From Iphione sp. A-MEVVRFRX5 (taxonomy: Eukaryota), in assembly GCA_976226885.1 (NCBI GenBank), contig OZ320313.1:156302001-156366000 (forward strand): a DNA stretch of 64,000 nucleotides, given 5' to 3'. The position numbers and the translations under genes were made by a program. The notes beneath the pieces are model-generated. The model worked only from the letters and a program-made list of their open reading frames with translations. It did not search any database and was not told the DNA's origin. Of this stretch, positions 27,401-40,700 are shown piece by piece. Within the stretch, counting starts at the first letter, position 1, and each line of letters starts with the position of its first letter.

Positions 27401-28726
27401 CTAGTCGAATGAGCACATAAACAGTGAGTCATTTAATTAAACAGTATACATTTAATCTGATCCAAGGGAGATACAAGGGAGGAAGGGTACGCGAGGAAAG
27501 AGGAGGGGAAACCCATATATGTACTAAAGCGCTGCCATTAACTTGCAGATTGGGAGTAGATAGGGCCACGGTGACCATCGTAAACCAGCTTGATCTTCCC
27601 TTGTGGGATGTTTGGAGTCGGACCCAGAGGTTCCTCACCAATAGCACTATAGACGGGTGAGTACGCAAACCGTTGTACGGACCAAGATTATATATCAGCA
27701 TATGTACTTTGTGAACCTCATACAAGCCTTAATTTCAAAATATTCTGTCTGATGTGGTCTTGTATCTGTAATCAGTTCCATGAATCGTTACCAATAGCTT
27801 TTGACGCCTGAACATGGCTCATATTTGTCTGCATGTATTACATTATTACTGACTAATACGTTCTCCAACTACCAAGGAAACCACATTATTTTCTTTAACG
27901 GCCCTATTGTGACTTTTTTAGAACTTGCTCATTTTTCCGTCTGCACGAGATGCTCTCTTCTTTCCAAGTAGAACGAAATTAGCAAACAACTCAATATTTA
28001 ATCAGAAAAATGCCACTCATATTGACAATGACACATACGAATACGAACAGGTTATTCACCTCTCCGAGAATGCAGTGGTTCCTAGAGTTCTTCCAATGAA
28101 ATTAGAACTAATTTGGTGACGATTTATGCAATAGCGAGACGAAATTTACAGGCTTCCAATTCATATATACAATCAGAAAAAATATTTGTAAAGGTGATCC
28201 ATGATGCATACACTGATAAGTTGTTAACTTCTTGTTTTGTTAAATTATACATACATACTTTGGTCTGCTCGTATACTATGAACCCCTGGAGTTTTGTTTC
28301 AGTGTAATCGAATTTAATATTGAACAATTTATACAATGGTGGAAGATTTTTTCATGCTACATGCATGTGTCATGAATGAGTCTTCGTTGAATCTAGAATT
28401 GTCATTATCAATCTGTCTTCTGCTCTCAGAATAATGTTCGACTTGGAGCTGGCTGTGCGGGAGCGTCTCAACGCTGAGCAACTCAAGATCGTAGAGGATA
28501 ACCTGGATAAAGTTATCAGAATAGCCGAGACGCACCGGTGCGTGGTCCTGTCTCTTCTTAATTAAGCTCCAGTAATGTAATACGTGTATGAGTAGCATTA
28601 ATTCGTATGGACTGCGGCTTAAATGGAGGCGCCGACGTAAAAACACCTGACCCCGAAAAGAACGTGGCAAGACTGAAATATAAAAATGAGACAGACAGAG
28701 TGTGAAAGTGTCTGTGTGTGAGAGAG

Positions 28727-28777
<51 letters not shown>

Positions 28778-31700
28778 TTGATAAATCAGCAAAACCAAAC
28801 CAATAAATGATATTCATGGTATAATATAGACATATTGCCTAATGGAAACGAGAGATGATGCTGACAAACCTCGTCACCGGGAGGTTCGGAATGCGATTTT
28901 CCTCCCTATGCAGATGATCTTATTAGGAACACATTTATGTCTGTTTTATTCATTTATCCGACCTCAATATTAAGGGGAAGATGGGATGTAGATATATAGA
29001 CATAACTGTAATTACATACATAATGAATACAAACTATGTACTTTTATTCATTCATTTCCCGTGAGACAAGCACAACTCATCAGTCCGATGTTCCCCATTA
29101 CTCGGAACCCAGGTGGTAGTTGGCCGGTAATGTGATGTCTTATTTCCTTGCTCGTAGGCTACTTCAAGGCAGTCGGATTAGCATCATGTCCGTTTTCTGT
29201 CGCCTGCTAAGCCCCGACCGGCAGGACGACACACAGGGTTACTGGCGGTTAAACCAGCTTCTTGAACGCTTCGCCTTCAGCTACCTCACGGAGTTCGACT
29301 GTGACCAATGTTGCACCGCCTCTGCCTTGTGAGTAGAGTATTGTCTGGAAATGGATCTGCGGCTTTTATACTTATAATACTACTAATAATAATTTTACTT
29401 AATAATATATAAATAATCTTGCAAGAAAGTAATAGGTAGGCCGTCTTCGAAATGTGATTCCTGTACATATGCTGGATTTAATTATTTGCATTTTTCCATT
29501 GCATTCTGAGGATCTAACATTATCTCGACCGTTGTCCTCTTGGTTACACTCTATTTATGACCTTTAAGACCATTGACTGATGGAGCCAGGACGTTTATTC
29601 TATATAATATAGGAATTTCGTCCTAAACCATTTCACAATTTGACGACGGGGGGTAGGGGGCTAGTCGTGTGGAGAGTCCCTAATGTATGCGGTCATTAAA
29701 AGGAACCCGCCGCAAATAATTCGTCTTTATAGAAATTGACAGTAAACTTTACATACATCTCAGCACGTGTTATTCAGAAATATATAATTTTACAGAATAC
29801 AACAAGGCATGTACTTAACCTCGCATTTTCTACACCTTTCCATGCCACAGGCGCAAAAAAGGTCCCGCATCACGTTCTTTTGTCAGCTTCTATATCGTAT
29901 AATACAAAAGACACCACAGTTACAATATTGAAGATCGCAATGCTAATAAGATTCAGATATCCAAATCAAAAAGAAATCCAAAAGTAATGATTTGTTGAGA
30001 GATAATCACTCATCTTATCTCAGTGGATAAGGAGAGTTTCTTTTCCTCGCAGCGTAGACGGATAACATGGGTCGTTGAAGTTCACAGTAATGATCTTACA
30101 GTGGATTGATCGATCGAGGGTTTTGGCTTTATCCTGTTGCCTTTAGAAATACGACGTTTATAATGAGAGATGAAAAAGAGGGTGTCTTGGATCATGTTTC
30201 AAATAACTGCCTAAGGTGTCGTTTGCAATATTAATTTGACTTAGCGGCATCATCCAACCCTTTAAAAAAGGTCACATTAGTTCAACATCCCTTAATTAAT
30301 TCGTCTTTCAATATCAGTAACAAGGTTGGAACTTTCAATAAGATTTTAACTGAAGTTATATAGACTATGCACTTTACACACTTGAAATATGCACCCTTAG
30401 ATATCGTATCAATTACATTTTCGGCAGTTTGGGATCTTTATAAAATATTATTCATTACCGAAGTAAAAAAATGCATTCCGTACTGTAGGATAACCGTTGT
30501 ATCAATGCTCCACAATCATTAACAAAGGGCAAAACCATCAACAAAGAAATTAATATTCATATACATTTATTTAGAAGTGGCACCATGCTGCAAGCCTGGC
30601 ACCTCCAGGCCTGAGTAAGGGGTAGAGTATCCTCTTCAATATCACCGATTAGAACTTAATCCCTCTATAGCATTAAAAAAATAATCAAGTTTTTTTTTCA
30701 CCACACTCGTAATAACATCTGAACCTATTGTATATGGAAAATACCCCTCTCTGTCGTTGAGGTCGATAAACCAAGACTGAAAATCGTTTCGTATTGCTTC
30801 AATCAATCTGTCAGACTGTACTCGCCTGAGTGCCAGCATGTCCAGTTCGCTGTAGCCAAATGGTACTCCGAGGACATCAATAGTTACGGCTATCAAGCCC
30901 GCTTTCAAGACAGTTTCATTGTCCCCGACAACCTGCTCCCAGTACAAGACAACGGACGGCAATCTCAAAACCCAAAGGTGAATATCACTTCAGATAATAT
31001 TGTTATAGCCAACATACCCTTGAAATACAAATTGAAGGAATTCGCAACCACATGTATTTTAGTTGAGACATAATAGGTTTTTCTATCAGCATTTTGGTTG
31101 ATTTATTTGAGAGTACAATTAAAGCACTTGGTTATGGCAACCAACAACATTGATTGGTAAAAACAAATTATTAGCTTTTGCAACCACAGGAAAACGTGTC
31201 TAAGAAATCTATTTGCTTGATTGTATAATAATCTTTCTCCCTCACTCCCTTGTTAAACACAAATGAGAGGCATGTATACAGCTGAAATTACTACATCATA
31301 GGAAAAGCTACAGCTACAGACATAATTTATAACCTTCAGTACTATCGTTTAGTAATGTTTATTAGCTGATACAAATTAGCTGATACAAAGTTACATATGG
31401 ATATCTTCCTCAGCTTTCTATCGAAAAAAGATGGTCCTTTCAATCATGTCTGTTGGTTGCTTAATTCTACCAAAATAATCGGTCGAATAATAATCCAAAG
31501 CCATTGGTCAGAACAACTACTAGATTTGTTGAGCATCTTTCGACAAAGAGAATTTGGTTGAAATCAACTAATATTTTATTAACAAATAAGGATTTGGGAC
31601 TGCGCATCACTACTTTTTGAAACGCCTCCTTTATATCCCTTTTCAAGACGACACGGGCCGAAGTTTTTCTTCATTTGACCTACCAGATTTCAGGCTTTCT

Positions 31701-34700
31701 TTCCAATTACTGTCATTCAATGTGTACAAGTACCTGATGGTACAATCGACGAAACCAAAAGAGCCTCTCTTGGAAAACAGACCCTACTCAAACCCTGTGT
31801 ACCCAAGTCATTATTGAAGCCGGAAATAGCTTTTACCCATCGGGCCAGGATGCATTTCCCGAGGTTCCGGGTCAGCTGTGTCTATTCAGAAGTGTGAGAA
31901 AAGCACAGGTGTAGACGAAGTCTTATCTGGAAATCATGAATGAATCTTCTTAAAGAAGAGAGCTATGGGTTATACTCCCAGTGTGTCCTTGTGCCTGTCA
32001 GTCTCCCTTCTTCCCTGGAAACCAGGAGTGGATCTTCGACAGGGGATAGCATAGTCTGTGCGTCTGTCTTTCTCCCAATTCCCCTCCGTGTCTATCTTTT
32101 TGTCTGTCTCTGTCTAGTTCTCATCGACTGATTTTTTTCATTCGCTTCTATTCGGATTAGTTCAAATATCAACTTGTCCTGTTGTGTTCATAACCTTATC
32201 CCAAATAGTTCCTTTACCATACCCAGTGCCAGCTCTTTCCAGTAGAATATATATTTATTGTTACCAAACGTCCTTTTTCCAGTGCCGGAGTATCGCCTTC
32301 ATCGATTATACAAGTAGCCAATGGTATAGAAGATCTCCTGGCACAACCCTTCTCAATAACAGGGTGAGTCTACATCACTGTGAAATTGGACACGAAGGTG
32401 CCCATAAGCAGAACATCGTTTCGCATGAAATAGTCATGCTAAGATTATATTAATGTTGTCCTATCACGAAACCGATTTAATAGGATAAAATACGCGGCGG
32501 CAAATGCACCTAAGCGGCTAGAAGCACTATAATGGCTCCATCTAGTCTTGCTTGTGAAATAATGTCCGTGGCCTTCACAATGTGAATCTTTGCATTATTC
32601 AGACGGTGACGTCTAGAAAATACAAACCTGAATTTGTCAGTAATGATGGTAATGCATCAGTGCCACCATCTAGTGGAATACTTTAAAATCTTCGGGAATG
32701 AGCCATCCCTTTGTTTTACTCAGATATGTTTAAGGAGGTGCTCTGAGCATTTCTAAATGATGTAGTATTAAAATTGTTCACTGCACATAGTGAATATCTT
32801 CCTTGTTGAGAAACCCCCTCTCTACACATATGTCCTGCCGGTAGCTTATCACATCTCTACTCTGGGACACAGTGGTAACATTCAGTGCTCTGTTTCAAAA
32901 GAAAAAAAATCGCTGATCCATCGTCGGTTTTGTTTCAGGTGCTGACTGTGAGCATACAGGGCCAGCCGTCGCGAGAGCTCTCTCAGCCAGTCACCTTCAC
33001 AATCAACACCAACGATGGGAACACAGCGCCGCAACGCGCCAAGTACGTGAACCTAAATGCCATATTCACAGTGCCTGCGTGGGCCCGCAAAGTCGGCGGG
33101 TTGTAATCGAATTAAATTGGTCGCTGGCTATTTCTTTGTTTCCCTCTGTTCTTATTGAGTAGGAGTTAATGTGCCTGATTGCTGCTGTGGGAATGGCGCC
33201 GTGGGCCTGTGGAATGAGGCAAGATGCTCTAGGTTAAACCAGGCTTGCATTCAAAGACAGATGGTTCCTCCTATTTAACCATTGGCCATAGTGGTGCTAT
33301 CCATATGACAAATTGGTATTGCTTCCCATGAGAGGAACAATACGTTCCCGTTAAACGAAAACCGCAGCGATTTGAAAGATGATCGTCGAAGCATTACTTA
33401 AAGCGCGAAAATCCGAGACATGGACACCGACCTGTGCTGCGAGATGAATCAGAAACTCTGGTTCACAATGTCGACATACGGCACGATTAAGCAATCGTTT
33501 ACATTCCTTTGTAGACAACGTGGGAACCATCAATATACTATAGTGTACCGTTCGGAGAATTTCTACCAGTGAAGATGTATTGACACAGTCTTTTAAGTGC
33601 ATTTAACAGCGAGTCCCCATGGCTGCCTTCGCTAGGACGGGTAATGTTGGCAGGGACATGAAGAAACTACTGAATCAATATTAGGTTAGATGCAGATGTA
33701 ATGACAGCATCAGCTGCCATGCCATTTTGGGCCGATTAAACACTGCTGCTAAAATAAGCAGTTAATGTAATTATGATATTACTTTGATTTAAGAAATGAT
33801 TACAGCGGCGCAAAAAAGACACTAAAGTATTGAATATTCTGGTCATTTGATATCGGACTTGTGGCCAACACATTGAAAAACAAGACTTTTTATAGAAACA
33901 CGAAACTTTATCCCTGTAACACGAGGCCGAATTGGATATTTGGATGTTCTCAGTTTTTATTGACGTCAATGAACCCTCATCATCTTTCGAATATTACCGT
34001 CTGTAAAGTAATACCGTCGACGGTGGAGAAAATGCGTTTATTTTGTGTATCGTTAGCTGCTCAACTCCTGTACAAATATGAAAAACATATACATGCATTG
34101 GTTCTATAGTAAGTTAACAAATGTTCAAGCCAGGTTTATTACTCTCTTTCTAATAGAGAAATTTTAAAAGCTGCAGGTGTCAGACTGCCATAGTACATGT
34201 ATACATCCATGAAGCACCCCAGAGGGCTTAAACACACTAACATTTTGCCATAATATAAATGAAGCAGTTTTGCCAATGCTGTTATTGGAAGAGAAATGAA
34301 GTCGCATCTGTCGTTTTGGACAGAACTTAGAGGGAAAAAAACGTTATACCCCTCGTAATCCTCTGTAATAATTAATGCGCTTATAGTCTATTAAAATTTG
34401 TCATTGTGTAACTGAGGTTCCTTAAGGCACTACCTTTGCCCCTGGGTTATACACAATAGTAAGGTCTCAAATGCCCAAGTACAACACAGCTTCCTGTAGG
34501 AAGATTATTTTTCATAGAACCTCCGTGATATTATTTTCTAGGCTATAGAAAGGAGTGTGTAGAGTTATTATAGGTTGTGGGGACATGGTATTGGAGCGAC
34601 TTGAAAAGTCTACTTTCCATTAGAAATGTGTCATCAAGGCCATGAAAACACAGCAGACTGTCCCAAATTCCAGACACGGACACATGCTCCATGCTACTCA

Positions 34701-37700
34701 TGTGAATAGATACAGTCCTGCTGTTTCCTTTTGCACCCGAAATCCAGTGTTGAAACGTGCATACATGGAAATTAAAAAGAAATAAAAATCGGTTTATTTA
34801 TTAACAGATCAGTTGGTGAATTAGAAAAGGGGGTTGGCTAGTTATGGGAACAAGTTACGTTTAGAACCCTAAATAGACTAAACGAGGTTTTGTCTACATT
34901 CCAGTCTGCTAGCGAGATGTGTGAAGTGAAAATAAGAAAAGAAATGACAAAAGTTCTAACCGCAAATAAATCCTGTGCATATTTAGACTGCCTGAGATAA
35001 AGGCTGCTTAGTGGAGAGCTGTTGGAATGTGATAGTAAAATGTGATATTCTACCTACGTATGAAATCCTCATGCCTCGCCAGCTGTTTCCTATAGTCACA
35101 TACTCATTTGGGAAAAAGTACGTTCGTTTACCTTTAACATCTGTGGTCATCCATAGGTAAATGCTAGTCATTAAGCCTCTGTCGCATGCACCTGCTAGAG
35201 AGCATACTTGCTCCAATAGCCTATATGGGAATTGATTCGAGTCAGGACCACGGGCTCGGATAGAATGGAGATGGAAGCACCCGTAATACGATAACCTCTA
35301 CTCTAGCAGAAGCCACTATTGATTAAGTTCTGTGGTGGCTTCATAAGGAGTGAGGTGTATAAATGGCAGGGGGGGCTCTACTAGGCTAGACAAAATGAGG
35401 AAGTCATTTCCACTACAGTGATGAAATACCACTGGTGCACTTTTAATGGGACGGGACTTAATGTGTCCTTTTGAGAGAAGTGCGCTAAGAACGTTTCGCT
35501 GTGATCGAACTTCGTGTCTAGTGGCCATTGAAATGCTCGCCTTTCTGTCTGAATTCTACAGATGTGTGTACTTTGATGAGGACATCCAGCAGTGGACGGA
35601 TCGAGGGTGTTCGGTGAACAATGACCTCAGCCTGGCTACGCAGAAATTTGTCCGTTGTTCATGCAAGCACATGTCCAGCTACGCCGTGTTGTCTGAGGTG
35701 CGCAACCCCGATCTGATCGGCTATCCGATCTGGTTCCAGCTCTCCTGCTTCTTTGTTGTGGTAAGGAACAGTTCACGTGATACTCCGTTTTTACCTCATT
35801 ACAAAAACATTGTGCATAAAAGAAGACCCGCCGTTACGTGCATGATGTAATGCCACGACTGTCTAAAGCCAGGATGCTAGTTAATAAGCTATAACTGTTT
35901 GCTTCGGGAAATGTTGCTGTTGATTTACATGATGATCATAGTACAGCCTCATGTTTGAGTATGTGCGTATCTAAGTGAGAGAGAGAGAGAGACAGACAGA
36001 TGGAGAGACAGAGGGAGGGAGAGAGAGAAACATCTAGATGACAAGGTTCCAATTGTATTATGAGATGGATTGACTGGTTTTGTGATTTCATGGAGTGCTT
36101 TAGAAAATCGATTTTTTATGAATTGATACTGTGCTCAATAAAATGATTTGATAAGATAAGCGTAAATTTAGTATATTAGACTAACGAGTTGAAGGTCAGG
36201 TCCATTTTAAGCATAATGGTATTGAGGTAAAGTTTCAGGATACGTTTAAACCATAGATAATACGGACAGATCTTATGCGGGCTGTTCCATGCAAGGAAAC
36301 ATATGTAGGTCGGGGCAAACTTCCCCAGTCTTCCTCGTTCTTAATTCTGAGGTAAGAATGCCTGAAGACCCTAATTCACTTAATGTCCTCCTCCATTGTG
36401 GGACGGCAATTGGGAGTTGGGTCGTGTCATCTCCATGGTTACTTGTAGTTAAAATGATCAGTCCTAATGACGGGCCACGACCTTGGTCTACAGACATTCA
36501 TAACTCGATTTCCGAACACTCCGTGTCCGAAAATTTGCAATATCTGAATGGATTTCCTTTGTGGAAAGTGGGTTCTAACTGTAGGGGTAGGATTCAATTA
36601 TCCCGATAGACTCAGTTTCTCTTGAAACAACGATCATTCAGACGTCAGGTCCGGACAGTATTGGCTAACAGTTGTGGCCGCTGAAGTGTTTACCTGTCCA
36701 ATTTTCCTACACAAGTTCCGTCTATATGAAATTACTCGTGTATGGATTTGTCTCAATCTGTAACCCTTTGTGAACGGGAATGCCGGATTTTTGGGGTCGA
36801 ATGTTGGTGAGACATGCGTATACATCCGGTTACGCAGCAGTGCCAATAAAACGTTTCTCCTTGAGAGAAATAACTACATGTAGTTGGATGGTGTGCACAC
36901 AATGCACAGGCATATGCTCATAATTGTGCTCACATTTGTTTTTGTCAATTGGTTCCAGTGGCAAATAGCCTTTTGCTGCATTGGCACAGTATTGGGGACT
37001 CGATAAACTTGTTAAAACTTAACTCATATTACATACACACGTCATGCTCTAACTCTGTCGTCTTAGACGAAACCCTTCCCTTGCCTCTTCTGGCAGTGTT
37101 CCCATGTGTTCCTCTCACTGCCTATATATAGAAATCGCCTCCTTCTGTTGCAGGGCTGCCTCGTCGTCGTCATACTCTCCCATCACTTCTGCGTACCTCA
37201 CGCCATGTTCGCTGCCAATCTTTTCATGCATTTCTGTTTTGCCCTGCTCGCCACTGAGGTACGTGATCAACTCTGAACTACCACAGGCAATGAAAGCCCG
37301 TGGGTCTGGCTCCTGCCTCCGTGGGTTATTACTCACGAAGTAAGGTTTTAATTGCACCCTGCTTGTTTCCATGGTATTTAAGCGAAGTAAAATGAATTCT
37401 TTATGATCAAATCCAAAACTGGTCCTTTATAACTATCCGAACACCACGCCACATCCAGGGCGCAAAGGCCATTTAATCAGACAAGACATCTTCATTAATA
37501 TTGATCAATGCGTTTTTTTGGATTGTTGATCTAGATGGTCTAGCTAAGGTTAGTGATTATATTTCAGCAAAAATATGTCCCACTGCGTACCGAATGAAAT
37601 AGATTCAGACATTTAAAGAAATTCACATATTAATTGGGACCCTGGAAACGCCATCGCTTTCCTTTCTACCAAGGGACGTGTCGCTTCTGTAGATAAGGAA

Positions 37701-40700
37701 AAAAACACACAGTTAAGTCTCATTTTTCAAGTCAGTTAATGTCCCCTAGAGCATGGAGGGTCCTAGAAAGAATAACACATGAGAATAATTAAAGGTTAAC
37801 ACACTCTTCCCTCTCCCAACCGCCTTCAGCTGTGCTACGTGATCGACTCGCTCCTCTCCCCGAGGCACCTTCTCGCCATCTCTAACACGGACAATAACTA
37901 CCGCTGTATCGTCATGGCAATCTTCGTCCACTACTTCTTTCTCGCCCAGTTCACCTGGATGATGATGCAGGTCCGAACAATTTTTTTTCTCACTAAGTTT
38001 ACATTTTATCGTACAAATTTGTTATGAAAGAGTTTTTGATTCATATAAGGTTTCCCACATAGATATAATGGTATACATGTCTAAAGATATCTGATTTTTG
38101 TCAAGGGGGACATTTTCGAGATTTTTTTTATGTGTAGAAGATCATCAGTAAATAAAACATTGAGAATCATGTAATATGAATGGGACGATCGCCCGACTCT
38201 TACACGACGTACGCATATAAATAATTCATCGACGAAGGTGACGTACGACTTGCTACCTACAGTACTTATGTGGTTTAAATTCGCCTTGAAAACTTTGTAC
38301 CATGGGCCACATGTTTATGCACTCGATTTGGAATGCAGTCCGTTGGTATACATATGTGTCCCGGGCCTCTTTTTATCGTCGGGCCAGCCACTGTTCCATA
38401 TAAAAAATACAAAGTAGCCTACTTCTTACAGGCGATCAACTTCTGGAAAATCCTGGTGCTGAACGATGAACACACCGAGCGGAAGTACGTCATGTACTTC
38501 CTGTTAGGCTGGGGTAAGTCGACCGTCGACATGCAGCTGCCGCCACCTACCGCCGATCCGGTTACAGTCTGTCTTGCGCAATATCAAAGCGTCCTCCGAG
38601 TCGCCGTGTGCACAACGACAACAAAAAGAAACCTTGGGAAGAACAGCGTGGGCTGCCTCTTTTCTTAGGCGCCTTATGAGGGGGGAGCCCGTGTAAGCAG
38701 ACACGGCCCAGATAAGATGAAACCTCAAGTGATTATACAAGAACTCCCCACACGTGATCATTACTTCTCGTCGACACGAGCTGCTCGCTTTATGACGACA
38801 AATGAGCAGTTCTACCATGTTGTCAGTGCTATATCACCCCCATCCTCTGGTTTATACAGATGATAAAAATGAATGCTATTTGAGATCGTTAATATGTCAT
38901 TGTACTTAAAAGGGGGCGGGTTATTTGGTCTCTTCACAATATTTATCTTGAGCTGTTGTTTGGGAGTAAAGATGAATGGAGAGATTCTATTATATATTAG
39001 TATCAGTACAGCGTGATGAATAAGTATACAGTAGACCTGTACATACATGTATCTATATACGTAAATATTTCTTTTTATACTTTTACCAGGCTCCTCACTA
39101 TGATTACTAAGAGTATACAGCCGCACAATGGCAGTCCAAGCATGGGAACGAGTACCACACAACGCTGCTGACTGAGTGTGGTACTGTGAAACAAGTTCCC
39201 ATGCTTGGACTGCCACTGCACGACTGTATTCTCATTGATTCGTGTATATTTAGTAATAATTCAAATTAGTAAGATGGAATTCATAACATGATAAATTACA
39301 TTTAACAGATAAAGACCTTCTTGATCATTATTTTACTACTTACTACTAATGAACATGACGCTATGTATAAAAAAAACTTGTAATTTAATGGGTAATATGG
39401 ATTGAAATGGCATCTACATACATCTTAAATATGTGTACAATTATGTAAAATTGGTCATTCTATTCATTATTTTGCTGGAAACGGTCCATTTTAATCTTAT
39501 TTCTTTGCTCCAAATTCGATTGACAGACGTCAGCCATAATGTTTGCATAAGTATGCAATGTAATTCTACCCTTTGAACTGCATGGTAGACATACTATGTA
39601 CCACTTTACCGTGTTTCACATGATGACAGAAACCTAATCTATGGAATGGTACAGTACATGAAAAACATGCACTTAAAATTATTCTTTTGCCAGGCAACAA
39701 TACACATTGTATTTCCCTTTTAGAAATAGATAGAGAACTTCCAAAGAAAAAGTGCATGCATGTGAATATAAACATGGTTTCCATCGTATCAATTTATAAT
39801 TATATAAATGAGAACCTTCTTACCCTTTCGTAAATTGTCCTCGGAACGATCTACTCGGAATCAGTGTTAAGATTGTCCCTCTGCCTTCTGCAAAGAAGGT
39901 TTTTTTTTATCATATTCAGGATAGGGAGCTTCTAATATGGCAGAAGATGGTGAGCCTGTCCCTGGCCTCTTTAGTATTCATATGTCAGGAAATATGCATA
40001 GGAAGCCTCACTATAGGTGTCCCTTCGCATCCCTCTCTTACAGCCTATCTCCTACATCCCCCCCTCTCAGCACCCTCGATCTTTCCCTCTGACATATTTG
40101 CCTACGACTGTGCTTCGTCCTCTTACTTCATTCCTTTCGCTTCGTCCTCTTGTTTCCGTCCAATCACCCTTGTTATTCTACCCTTGCACATCCAGTTCTT
40201 ACTTGCCTAATTTTTCCCCAATTACCAAGCGTTGATCGGGTCCTTCTTACTCCAGACACCCTCTGGCCCTTTAACCCATCCTTCCCTGCCGTATTGGTCC
40301 CCTAACGCTCCGATGCAGGACCTACATTCCCTTTCCTTTCCGCCGTGTCGCCTGTTCCACAACCCTTCCGCCACGATGCATCTCACCATCTTCTGCCTTC
40401 GTCATTGTCTGAAACATTATTGCCTACTTCGGCATTAATAATTCTACTTTTACCTTCGCTGATTTCTGTTTCCCGAGAACTACCCACACCGAAGGATACA
40501 ACTGATGATCTCCTTTGCCTTTTTTAAAAAAAAATTCTCCTTCCATTTCCTGCAGGTCTGCCAGGACTGGTCGTCTTCTTCTTTGGCCTCGTCACTTACC
40601 TCATCTACCGCTATGCCACCAGCCTGACGCCAGACCGTTTCTATGGCGACGTCAACGATAACAAGGACATGTAAGGCCACTAACCGTTGGCGGACACAGT

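Noticed and set aside
30642-30968. Minus-strand ORFs overlapping ADGRV1 exons (also 639-929, 2635-2838, 3810-4034)
   Set aside because: Antisense shadows of GC3-rich coding exons.
38514-38668. GC-rich read-through after exon w42 as an alternative terminal exon
   Set aside because: It would truncate the 7TM mid-TM4, has no recognisable motif, and the w42 donor is a consensus gtaagt.
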